DNA of 32,000 bases, taken from Candidatus Harpocratesius repetitus (GTDB taxonomy: Archaea; Asgardarchaeota; Lokiarchaeia; Sigyniarchaeales; Promethearchaeaceae). Shown here piece by piece: positions 1 through 9,095 of the stretch (the first letter of the stretch is position 1; each line of letters begins with the position of its first letter). The notes below the pieces were generated by a model that was not told the DNA's origin, searched no databases, and worked only from the letters and a program-made list of their open reading frames with translations. The stretch covers positions 2,910,001 to 2,942,000 of the forward strand of contig JAIZWK010000001.1 in assembly GCA_021498095.1 (NCBI GenBank), in the 5' to 3' direction. The position numbers and the translations under genes are program-made.

Positions 1-2
1 AT

Positions 3-239
3 GTAAAACATTTTCTTCAATATGCAGATGATCCAATAAATACAGAATTAGTGTGGGATCCAGTTCATAAAGAATTTTACGAACTTACTTGTTCAAAAGT
101 TTATCATTTGAATACAATTTTCAAATTACGCGCTATTACTTCTAAAAAAGTGCCTTCTCAAATATTTTATAAAAAAGTTCGCGTAGTTATCGATCAAAAT
201 GGAATTCGGCGAGTTACCGAACGTAAAGTGGTCGGATAA
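3..239 (+). CDS. 3' end of a hypothetical protein entering from outside the window
   Basis: Frame 3 is open from base 3 (VKHFLQYADDPINTELVWDP...) to TAA at 237-239, so the GTG at 51 is probably internal. No recognisable motif. Confidence 0.6.
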   Translation, partial: VKHFLQYADDPINTELVWDPVHKEFYELTCSKVYHLNTIFKLRAITSKKVPSQIFYKKVRVVIDQNGIRRVTERKVVG

Positions 240-434
240 ATAATCTTTTTTATGGCGAATCCTTGTTCTTTTCATAGGAAATACTCTAGAAGTTTTTTGT
301 AGAAATGAAAAATCTGACCCTGCAGAGTATCAGTTTTCGCTAATTATAACATTACATTATGATTATGCGAAGAGATTGTATACAATGACGAAGATCTTGA
401 GTTTTGATCCGCATTCTTCTAAGTATTTCCTTTT

Positions 435-440
435 GGTGAG
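435..440 (+). promoter_or_regulatory. Shine-Dalgarno-like GGTGAG
   Basis: GGTGAG ends 4 nt before ATG 445, which gives the EF-2-like N-terminus MSRRIKM. Confidence 0.55.
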
Positions 441-444
441 TTAC

Positions 445-2751
445 ATGTCTAGACGCATAAAGATGACAGAAGATATCCTTCAAATGATGCAAAATCCCGA
501 AATAATTAGAAATGTTGGGTTAATAGGTCATATCGATCACGGAAAAACTACTTTAAGTGATAGCCTTTTAGCTGAAGCAGGTTTATTATCAGAAGCCATT
601 GCTGGAGAAGCACGGGTTCTTGATTATCTAGAAGAAGAACAACGACGTGGAATTACAATGAAATCTGCAAATATTTCTCTATATTATGAGCACTCATTAA
701 AAGAATCTAAGCCATTTTTAATTAATTTAGTAGATACACCTGGACATCTTGATTTTTCTGGAAAGGTTACTCGCGCTCTTCGATTAGCTGATGGCGTAGT
801 TGTAATCGTTGATAGTGTCGAAGAAGTAAGCTCCCAAACAGAAACTGTTGTAAGACAAGCCTTAGAAGAAGCAGTTCGGCCGATTCTTTTTATTAATAAA
901 ATTGATCGTCTTTTTAAAGAATTGAAACTTGATATGTCGGATATTAAGGCAAAATTCGGGCGTATAATACGCGATTTTAATAAACTTATTACTATGTATG
1001 GCAGTGAAAGAGCACAAAAAGAATGGATGGTTTCAGCAGAAAAAGGATCGGTTATTTTTGGTTCTGCACTCCACCGTTGGGGTTTTGTTATACCGCAATT
1101 AGTCCCATATAAACATAATTTAGAATATTTTGAATCAAAATATGAAGATAATTCATATCATGAATTGAATAAAGAATACCCTGTGTGGGAATGTGTTTTA
1201 GCAGCCATCGTGAATTTTTTACCAAATCCTATTGAAGCTCAAGAATATCGAATTCCAACTATATGGAGTGGAGATACTAATTCTGAAATTGGAAAACAAT
1301 TATTAAAATGTGATCCCAAAGGAACAACAATTGTGTTTTTAAGTAAGGTACAAAAATTAAAAAATCGATTGATAGGAACAGGGCGTGTTTTTTCTGGTAC
1401 TCTTCATCGTGGTCAAGCACTTTGGCTTGTAAATGGACAAAGAAAAAGCAATTTGAACCAATTAAGTATATTTATGGGATCTAGAATTGAAAGTGTTACA
1501 GAAATTCCTGCAGGAAATATTGTAGCGATTGGAGGGATTAAACAAATACGAAGTGGTGAGACCTTGTTTGATAGCCAATCAAAAGAAAATGCGGCTCCAT
1601 TTGAATCTGTGCACTATGTAAGTGAACCTGTTGTAACCGTTGCAATTGAACCAGATATGTTAAAGAATCTCGAAAAACTTCAAGAAATATTAGAAGAAAT
1701 TTCAATTGAAGATCCCAATATTTCAGTGGAAATTAGTGAAGATTCAGGTGAAGTTCTTCTTTCAGGTATGGGCCCTTTACATTTGGAAATTGTAGCTAAT
1801 ACCATCAAAGAGCGCGGCGTTGAAGTTTCAGTATCAAAACCATCAAGTGTGTTTCATGAATCTGTTGCAGGTGAAAGTTCTATTATTACTGTTTTCAGCC
1901 CCAATCAAGCAAATAATATATCATTACAGATCCATCGTCTGACAAAAGGGACAAGTCAATATATCCGAAAAGTCAAACGATCTATATTAGAATTTGATTA
2001 TTTAAGGGAACAAGAGTTACCAAAATATACAGATTTTACTCCTAAAGAAGCTTTTGGGATTTGGAATATTGATAAATATCAAAATGTCCTAATTGTTCTA
2101 CCCAAATCATACCAACCAACGAATAAATACAATGATTCTTCGAAAAAAATAACTTCTTCAAAAAGGACTCCTCGTAAAACTAAATCTCAACGAAAAAGCA
2201 AACTTAAAAAAAGCGAAGAAGATATGGATCAATTTTCAGAAGAAGAGCGTAAACAGGTAATCAAAGCAGTAGAAGGTGTATGTGCCCATGGAAAACTTGC
2301 TTATGAACCTATTTCTGAATTAAAAATTACCATCCATGAATTATTCTTATCTTCAGACCCAGAAAAAGCCAATTATTTTGAGATTTCCACAATGATTCAA
2401 GATGCTTTACAGCAAGCCATAGATCAAGCCCATCCTGTATTATTAGAACCAATTTATACTATGTTAATAACCACTCCTGAAGAATATATTGGAACGGTAA
2501 GCTCATTAATTTCACAAAACCATGGAAAAATTTTAGAAATCTCACAAGATGTCTATCGGGCTCACATTACAGCGAAAATGTCTGTAAGACAATCGATTGA
2601 ATTTGCCCAAGAAATTCGGGGTGCCACTTCCGGTCGTGTTTTTTGGCAGAACTTATTTGATCAATTTGCACCTATCCCAGATAATCAACTAGATGATATT
2701 ATAAAATTAATTAAATTTAGAAAAGGATTAATCTTTTCAGATAATTTTTAA
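445..2751 (+). CDS. fusA: Translation elongation factor EF-2 paralog (aEF-2p-like), lacking the diphthamide His
   Basis: G1 GHIDHGKT, G2 RGIT, G3 DTPGH, G4 NKID and G5 GSAL are present, plus LLSGMGPLHLEI, LLEPIY and EIRGATSGR...FRKGL. The canonical D-P-x-H-R-G loop reads DPEKAN. Start moved from 376 to ATG 445 on SD and homology grounds. Confidence 0.9.
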   Translation: MSRRIKMTEDILQMMQNPEIIRNVGLIGHIDHGKTTLSDSLLAEAGLLSEAIAGEARVLDYLEEEQRRGITMKSANISLYYEHSLKESKPFLINLVDTPGHLDFSGKVTRALRLADGVVVIVDSVEEVSSQTETVVRQALEEAVRPILFINKIDRLFKELKLDMSDIKAKFGRIIRDFNKLITMYGSERAQKEWMVSAEKGSVIFGSALHRWGFVIPQLVPYKHNLEYFESKYEDNSYHELNKEYPVWECVLAAIVNFLPNPIEAQEYRIPTIWSGDTNSEIGKQLLKCDPKGTTIVFLSKVQKLKNRLIGTGRVFSGTLHRGQALWLVNGQRKSNLNQLSIFMGSRIESVTEIPAGNIVAIGGIKQIRSGETLFDSQSKENAAPFESVHYVSEPVVTVAIEPDMLKNLEKLQEILEEISIEDPNISVEISEDSGEVLLSGMGPLHLEIVANTIKERGVEVSVSKPSSVFHESVAGESSIITVFSPNQANNISLQIHRLTKGTSQYIRKVKRSILEFDYLREQELPKYTDFTPKEAFGIWNIDKYQNVLIVLPKSYQPTNKYNDSSKKITSSKRTPRKTKSQRKSKLKKSEEDMDQFSEEERKQVIKAVEGVCAHGKLAYEPISELKITIHELFLSSDPEKANYFEISTMIQDALQQAIDQAHPVLLEPIYTMLITTPEEYIGTVSSLISQNHGKILEISQDVYRAHITAKMSVRQSIEFAQEIRGATSGRVFWQNLFDQFAPIPDNQLDDIIKLIKFRKGLIFSDNF

Positions 2752-2810
2752 TTTTTAATTGGCAATGATCCGACCTTAATAGATTTTGTACTAAATCCTC
2801 CCTTTTTTTG

Positions 2811-3480
2811 TTATACTTTCAATAATGATTCAGATATAATAAAGGGGCATTTTAATATCTTCTGAAGCCGTAATTGGATATTCTATAGACCCCTAAACCC
2901 ATATTGGTTTCGAGCAACAAGATTTATTTTTCGATTGACTTCTTCATGATTGGATCGAAGTCCTACATCTCCCTCCAAATGGGGGTATTCTGCCCAAATT
3001 TTACGATAAGCAAAAATTTGGTGTTCTTTCTCGATAAAGGTATTGATTACACTTCTCAATTCATTATGTGACTCTGGAGAAACAATTTTTTGCATGAATT
3101 ATAACGATTTTTGAGCGTTAGGTGTAGCTCGAAATTGATAATGAAACTTTCTGACAACTTTACTAATTTCTCTCATCTAAGGAAATTGATTAAGGAAATT
3201 CCGGAGAGATTTAATCTCTTTTTCTGACATATTCAAAGGATTTTGTAATACTGCATATTTAGCTTTCACAAAATCCTTTTTTTGAGATTCGTATGTTTCT
3301 CTTGTTTCCCGAATCATTTTTCGCCAGACTTTAAAAATGTGAGAAAGAATTATGTGAATATTTTTATCGGTGATACCGCAATTAGGCACTTTTTGCTAAA
3401 ATTTCAGGAAATTCTGCTACAGAAAATATCAAAACATCTTAAAAATGAAATTTGCCTAAAACCTCATAATATGTGAAAAA
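2811..3480 (-). pseudogene. Decayed ISL3-family transposase (C-terminal part)
   Basis: ORFs 3177-3389 and 2883-3095 share one frame, interrupted by TAG 3177-79, TAA 3099-3101 and TAG 2883-85. Read-through gives ...YAVLQNPLNMSEKE...NHEEVNRKINLVARNQYGFRGL*NIQLRL, matching the ISL3 C-terminal E-x-x-N-x-K-I...YGFR signature. There is an apparent frameshift near 3395. The 5' boundary is approximate. Confidence 0.75.
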
Positions 3481-3525
3481 AATTTGAAAAATGAAAATTG
3501 ATCAAAAAACTTTGGTTCTATAAAT

Positions 3526-4476
3526 TTACATTATCAATTCATAGCCGCTTCTCAATTTAAATCTGGGTCTGAACTTTTTTGCCCACCTTGTAAATCGCTC
3601 CCTTAATTCTTTATCCTTTATCTGTTCAGCAGCAATTAAAGCATAGTCCATAAATTTAATCCGCTCAGCGGTCCAAACTGTTTCAAACCCGTATTCTTCA
3701 AAAAATAGTTTCTCCCACTCCTTATAACGCTCGATATTCTCCTGCTTTCGGGGATGGATGAACGAATCAAAAATGAGCATAAAATTTTCGCTGTTATCAA
3801 ACTGGGTGCAGTCCCAGAACTCAATCGGTAGAAAGGAAATATGAGGGATGTGAGGAAGATTTGAAATGTTAATCCACAGCCTTGGGTTATGGGTAAATTC
3901 AATCGGAATCTCTTTTACTTCTCGTAGACTCCATAACTCCAATTTTTTGAGAGAAAGGCAGAATGCCCAATTGATGGGAACCTGCTTCATGCGGTGCTTT
4001 CCATCGTTTTTCGGCGGCAGCGTTATTTTTTCACCATTGAACATATTTTCATAGCGCTCGTTATAAAAGTCTTCACCAATTGAAATTTCCCGCAGTCGAT
4101 AGCAGTGGGCAAAATCTATGCTGTAGTCGTCTAAAACAGAAGTTGAGGTTCTGAATTTCCTTAAATATTGGTATTGGTCGCATTTAAGGGGGATTTTAAT
4201 ATTCGAAAATCTAGAAATGCGAATATATTCTATTTTTGGCGGCCATTTAACCACCCGCAGCTGATTTTCTCCAGATATTACAATTTCTCTGCAGTTGGCA
4301 AAAGCCGAAAAATCCGCTTCATTATTGGGAAAATTACAATAACCAACATGAAGTTTATACACTTTATCAACATCTTTCCAATTTTTAACATCAAAATCCT
4401 GCCTTACCAATATCAATTCTAATTTATCGTTATAAATTTGACTGTATCTCACATATTTTGGTTTTTTATACTGCAT
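3526..4476 (-). CDS. Hypothetical protein with degenerate Cys-containing LRR-like repeats
   Basis: 316 aa with an SD-like GGATGAG upstream. Recurrent F-x-x-C-x-x-L-x-x-(I/L)-x-(I/L) segments: FSAFANCREIVIS, FAHCYRLREISIG, WAFCLSLKKLELW. Confidence 0.6.
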   Translation of the reverse strand: MQYKKPKYVRYSQIYNDKLELILVRQDFDVKNWKDVDKVYKLHVGYCNFPNNEADFSAFANCREIVISGENQLRVVKWPPKIEYIRISRFSNIKIPLKCDQYQYLRKFRTSTSVLDDYSIDFAHCYRLREISIGEDFYNERYENMFNGEKITLPPKNDGKHRMKQVPINWAFCLSLKKLELWSLREVKEIPIEFTHNPRLWINISNLPHIPHISFLPIEFWDCTQFDNSENFMLIFDSFIHPRKQENIERYKEWEKLFFEEYGFETVWTAERIKFMDYALIAAEQIKDKELRERFTRWAKKFRPRFKLRSGYELIM

Positions 4477-4579
4477 TATCTCTCATCCACTTTTTTTTCA
4501 TTTAGTTTTATTTTTTTACCTAACAAATATTAAAAAAACAATATTAAAAAATTAACCCCCTCTTCGGCGAACTTATTTT

Positions 4580-7531
4580 TTATCCGATAAATCCCTCAAT
4601 TGCATCTAAATATGCATCAAAACTATTCATGGCACTTTCATCGGCATATTCTTCGTAGTATAAGCGCATTTCATTTTTGTATTTCAAATAATATGCAAAA
4701 CATTGCTGCAGCATCAACAACTGTGAGTTTGAATTGAAGATACTCACGGGGTTTTCAATCTGAGAATACCACCGGTCGAGCCGGGAGTCAAATTGAATGT
4801 TGCCGTTCTCATCTAAAGTGGGAACGAAATATTCGATTGATTCTTCTTCATTTATTTTAATTGTTATGGTTTCACCTTTAACGCCGAATGCCTTGATGAT
4901 GCCTTCTATTCGGTTCCATGTGGCTATATATGCATTTCTAGTACCACTTTTTGCTTTCATCAATAACTTGATATCGTTGTAAAATCTTTTCTTTTTTAAA
5001 TTTAAATCTTTCAAATCATGCTCGGATGAATGCAGTGTATACTGCTCATAAACCCACTTTGCCAGCACAGCCACTACATCTCGGATGCTAGAGCCTTGAA
5101 ATTCGGCAAGATTGCGGAGGTTGAAAAAGGCTCGCCCGTCTTCAAGTTCAATCAGCACCATTTTAGTGACATCTCCACCAATTTTTTCTCCCATCATTTC
5201 AGTAAATTTATCCATACCTCTTTGATTTTCAAATATATTTATCATGGATAAGCCGTTTTGGAAGGCAGTCCAAACCTTGCGTGCTTTTTCTGTATAATAT
5301 TCGATATTAGTATCTTCTACTCCGTGCATTCCCACGCCGTAAATTCCGGGATACCGCCAATTCACCGCACCGCCAGCCGTTCCAAGTAAATTCAGCATAT
5401 TCTCAAATACCAGAAAATCCATAACGAAGCGCTCAATTCCATTATTAATCTTTGAATCTTTGGTTTTATAATATTCTTCATTCACTGGGTCCCACATGTC
5501 CATGGAAAACTGCGGAATTATCATGGAATAGGGCGAAGGAGTGGTAGGGACAATATCTTTAATGGCATCTGAAATCGGAGTGCTGAGTTGGAAAAATTTG
5601 ATTGTATGATCTTCATCATTTTGAATTTGACCGACCATACTTCCGAAAATCAGCACTTCTCTGCCGGAACCTATTAATTCGCTTTTAGCTTTTCCGAATT
5701 GTATGAAATTTGCAATGAATGCGTTTTTTTTGGCACCTATTATTATAATTGGGTCGGGTAGAGCGCTGGGGGGCACATAATAGTGATGATCATCGACTAC
5801 TTTTTCATTTAAATATTTCTCAATGTATTCATCATTTTTTTCACCTTTTCTTATATTATTTTCAATAAGATAGTCAAGAGTAGAGCGGAGTGAGTCGATA
5901 TTGTGAAAAAGGGATGCCAAAGATAGCCAAGCTACCTGCAGAAGTTCCCATTCGTGAATTTGAGTGGCAGAATTTAAATTGTTGACCCTTATTAATCTTT
6001 TTTTTTTAATATATTGTAAATATTCGCTGTATCCTAATCTTTTCTGCAAAAATTGGGTCAAATAATCAGCAGCACCTCCAGGATTGACAGAAATCTTTTG
6101 TTTTGAATATCCTCCTGCATCTTGGGAAATATCAATAATTTTTTTTATGATATATTCAATTTGATTAATTATTTCTTTATTCCAAATTAATCTATCAGTT
6201 TTTATATTTTTGCTTGCAATTCGCCAATATTTATGATTTTTATCGTTATCGAACAATTCTTTAAGTAGAACATCTAAATAACCGATTGTTGTTCCAGAAT
6301 CATCGTGAATTATTATACCTTCCAAAGATTCATCAAAGAAATGCTCTTTTAAAGTATCTCCAAGTTTTGGAAAATCTTTATCCAAAGCGTTAAAATCAAA
6401 AAATAAGTCTCTAAGCTGCTCTGCTATATCAGGAACATTTTTATAAATATTTTTTAATTTGCCTCTGATTTTTTGTAAACCGTTATTATAATTCCATCCT
6501 TTCGCATTTCTTTTATTTTTATAATATTGCCTTATACCAGCTATATGGTTTTTTGCAATTTTTTGAAAAGCAAATGAAAGTAGTCTAATTTCAAATAACC
6601 CTTTACGCCAATTAATATAAGTATATAAAGGAGTATCTTCACCTTCTATGGTTTTTGCACTTTCCACCTTATTATTGATTAAAATTTTTACAGTTTGAGT
6701 ATTTGGATATGAGAAAATTTGATAATACTGCTCTCCAATTTTAATGGGTAGAAACATCATCTGAATTTTAGGGTTTTTAACTAATCCGAGGGGTATTTTT
6801 GAATCTTTCACCCCATTTACATTTTCAAATCCGAGCTCCTTAAGAATCTGCTCCAAACTCATATCAATGTCTTTGCCAACTTTAATTTCTATGAGAGTAT
6901 CATCGTTCATCCCTGCTTTTTTATAGTTAAATCCTTTTTCGTGTCCGATTAAATTAATATACCTGTAATTAAAGTTGGTGAAAAGTTGAATGCTATCTTT
7001 CCAGTATTCTGCATTCGGATTGAGAGATTCATCTCCGATAATATTTTCCTGCATTGTCTGATAATCGGGAAGATTTGTACTAAGGATTTTCTTAACTATC
7101 GAATTAGAAACTGGATCAACCACAGAGATTTTTCTCGCATCGGTGAGCCAATTAGTGACGATTATCTGTTCGGTGGATTTGAGGGTGGAAAATTCATTGG
7201 TTTCTTTATCGTATTGGTAAACGAAACCGTCTTCTTTGGCTTTGAACGTTTCGCCGTCATCGGTTATTTTCTCAATGAAGATTTCTTTTCCTTCGAGGAC
7301 GTTCCATAGATCATGCAGTTCGGTGTTTTTCAAAAATTCATCAACGGAAAGATCTTTGAACATGAATAATGCAGCAGTGACATCTAATCTTCTTCCTTTA
7401 ACCATTGAATACGGGTTTGCGATTTTTTTAATCACGATTTCGGGCGATTTACCCGGATGAACTTCCTGCAGCCAATTTTCTATATCCGACTGCATGTGAA
7501 CAGCGGTGAATTCGAGCAGATTTTGAATCAT
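4580..7531 (-). CDS. Large hypothetical protein; C-terminal part of a split giant ORF
   Basis: 983-aa open frame, in frame with 7661-8854. The 129 nt between them (43 codons) contain no stop. Confidence 0.7.
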   Translation of the reverse strand: MIQNLLEFTAVHMQSDIENWLQEVHPGKSPEIVIKKIANPYSMVKGRRLDVTAALFMFKDLSVDEFLKNTELHDLWNVLEGKEIFIEKITDDGETFKAKEDGFVYQYDKETNEFSTLKSTEQIIVTNWLTDARKISVVDPVSNSIVKKILSTNLPDYQTMQENIIGDESLNPNAEYWKDSIQLFTNFNYRYINLIGHEKGFNYKKAGMNDDTLIEIKVGKDIDMSLEQILKELGFENVNGVKDSKIPLGLVKNPKIQMMFLPIKIGEQYYQIFSYPNTQTVKILINNKVESAKTIEGEDTPLYTYINWRKGLFEIRLLSFAFQKIAKNHIAGIRQYYKNKRNAKGWNYNNGLQKIRGKLKNIYKNVPDIAEQLRDLFFDFNALDKDFPKLGDTLKEHFFDESLEGIIIHDDSGTTIGYLDVLLKELFDNDKNHKYWRIASKNIKTDRLIWNKEIINQIEYIIKKIIDISQDAGGYSKQKISVNPGGAADYLTQFLQKRLGYSEYLQYIKKKRLIRVNNLNSATQIHEWELLQVAWLSLASLFHNIDSLRSTLDYLIENNIRKGEKNDEYIEKYLNEKVVDDHHYYVPPSALPDPIIIIGAKKNAFIANFIQFGKAKSELIGSGREVLIFGSMVGQIQNDEDHTIKFFQLSTPISDAIKDIVPTTPSPYSMIIPQFSMDMWDPVNEEYYKTKDSKINNGIERFVMDFLVFENMLNLLGTAGGAVNWRYPGIYGVGMHGVEDTNIEYYTEKARKVWTAFQNGLSMINIFENQRGMDKFTEMMGEKIGGDVTKMVLIELEDGRAFFNLRNLAEFQGSSIRDVVAVLAKWVYEQYTLHSSEHDLKDLNLKKKRFYNDIKLLMKAKSGTRNAYIATWNRIEGIIKAFGVKGETITIKINEEESIEYFVPTLDENGNIQFDSRLDRWYSQIENPVSIFNSNSQLLMLQQCFAYYLKYKNEMRLYYEEYADESAMNSFDAYLDAIEGFIG

Positions 7532-7660
7532 GAAACGGTTGTTCTGGAAGCGCTGGGTTATGGAACTTAATTTTTGAGATGCAATGACGCTTTTAATGAA
7601 TTTGATGTTTGTATAGTAAGGGACCGCTTTGATGTTTTGAAAGATTGAAGTAATTCCCGA

Positions 7661-8854
7661 TTAGATTCCGGCTGTAATAGAGGTGGAAGTTGGTGAATAT
7701 ATCGATCGCAGGTGATCTGCAAGGGATTGGAAATTGCCGTTTATTACTTCCGAAGCAACTTTCATGGAAGTTCGGAAACTTTCTCCACCGAAGCTGAACA
7801 GTTCTCCAAGCTGCTCTGCCAGTGCATCATTTACTCCGAAAATCAGTTTGGAACCCCATGAAATAATATTTTCAACAATTAATTCATCCTTAAATTCATC
7901 CAAGAACTGAGCGGCAATATTCTGAATGATAACGGTTTTAGTTACGGCTTTATCTCCTTCTATGGAGTTGAGGAAATTTTCGGTAAAACCCGATGGATTG
8001 GCCAGGAATGAACCCAAGTTGGATCCGATCACAGAAACTACAATGGAAATGAACTGTAAATACCAGTGGGAATTTTGGGCCGATAAATATCGGTTCAGAT
8101 ATTCATACTGCTTGTAGTACATGGATGAGAAGCAGAATTCGTAAAAGTGAAGTAAATCCTGGATTTCTCCTTCAGGCTCTGATACGGATGGAACAGCAGT
8201 ATAATAGGGGGATCCATCAGGACTGATGCGGAAATCAACATCCTGCAGTGAAATCGTTCCTTTAAGTTCACTCTGCAGATGACCGAGTTGATTCCAATAA
8301 TCATCCTTTTCACCATCTACATACTGAATGGGTAAAGTTCCCCGCCAGTAGTAGTCGTAGTGAATGCGGGCTTCTTTCCAATAAACATCGTAAGGTTTAA
8401 CGTCTTGAGCGAAAGTGTTTCTGAGAGAAATCGTGGAAATATCGGGAACTGAATAATGTATACCGAAAATTTCATCTTGACTGTATCCCTGCGATTCTAA
8501 ATCGGCGTAGTAATTTTCCCAAAAAGCAATCTGCTCTTCTTCGGTTAAATTGGCCGGAAGCTGCGGAGCGGTAAAGTTTACCCAGTAGTAGTCTCCATCC
8601 GTCAACCATATAAAATCATAGGAGTGGAAACCGGGTGCGGGGTTAAGATCGGCAGGAACATCAAGTCCGAAATACGCTTTTGCCATAGATGTGGTATTTC
8701 GGTATGGATCGTTATGAATAAATGAAATTCTGTTGTAGTAATCCTCTGCCCAGGCGATGAAATCTGCATCTTCTACGGGATCAAGGAAGTAAAGTGTATC
8801 GCTCGTGTATCCCTGTTCAAATAAATTGTGAACCAGTTCAGCATGATTTTCCAT
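7661..8854 (-). CDS. Hypothetical acidic/aromatic protein; N-terminal part of a split giant ORF, probably 5'-truncated
   Basis: 397 aa, rich in D/E/Y/W, with sequons NTT, NFT and NLT and a hydrophobic segment HWYLQFISIVVSVIGSNLGSFL. No signal peptide or SD at ATG 8854. Composition switches abruptly to a T-rich tract at about 8867. Confidence 0.65.
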   Translation of the reverse strand: MENHAELVHNLFEQGYTSDTLYFLDPVEDADFIAWAEDYYNRISFIHNDPYRNTTSMAKAYFGLDVPADLNPAPGFHSYDFIWLTDGDYYWVNFTAPQLPANLTEEEQIAFWENYYADLESQGYSQDEIFGIHYSVPDISTISLRNTFAQDVKPYDVYWKEARIHYDYYWRGTLPIQYVDGEKDDYWNQLGHLQSELKGTISLQDVDFRISPDGSPYYTAVPSVSEPEGEIQDLLHFYEFCFSSMYYKQYEYLNRYLSAQNSHWYLQFISIVVSVIGSNLGSFLANPSGFTENFLNSIEGDKAVTKTVIIQNIAAQFLDEFKDELIVENIISWGSKLIFGVNDALAEQLGELFSFGGESFRTSMKVASEVINGNFQSLADHLRSIYSPTSTSITAGI

Positions 8855-9095
8855 AGGTTCGTGCAGATAATTTTTAATTTTTGATTTTTATTTTTCGATT
8901 TTTTATTCTCTATATCTTTTTCTATATTTCTTATTCACTATTTTTAATTCTCTATCCATTACTTTCAGTTATTTCATTTAACAATTTACTTTTTCACTGA
9001 ATTTACTCCTTTGATAAACTAATCTTTTAGAATATTTAAAAAAGGTGCTTCTAATTAGGTAACACACTAATTTTTTAAAAAACAAGGTTAGAATA

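Larger units (their letters stand above)
2811..8870. other. Accessory segment / genomic islet with atypical composition
   Basis: Sampled 60-nt lines at 5341, 7681, 8161 and 8581 are 47-50% GC, versus 28-30% at 9301 and 15601. It contains an IS remnant and a broken giant ORF between two housekeeping genes (EF-2 paralog, tldD). Confidence 0.6.

Noticed and set aside
376-444. N-terminal extension of the EF-2 paralog from TTG 376
   Set aside because: ATG 445 has an SD and gives the expected EF-2 N-terminus. The extra 23 codons show no EF-2 similarity.
2883-7663. In-frame stops as evidence of stop-codon recoding (Sec, Pyl or an alternative code)
   Set aside because: The interrupting codons are a mix of TAG and TAA, none is TGA, they coexist with a frameshift in the IS, and TAA, TAG and TGA all end intact genes elsewhere in the window. 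Decay or sequencing error is simpler.
8867-9000. T-rich low-complexity tracts (also 11967-12116 and 19262-19400) as ncRNA or small ORFs
   Set aside because: No stable stems or sustained frames. They look like ordinary AT-rich spacers or terminator regions.
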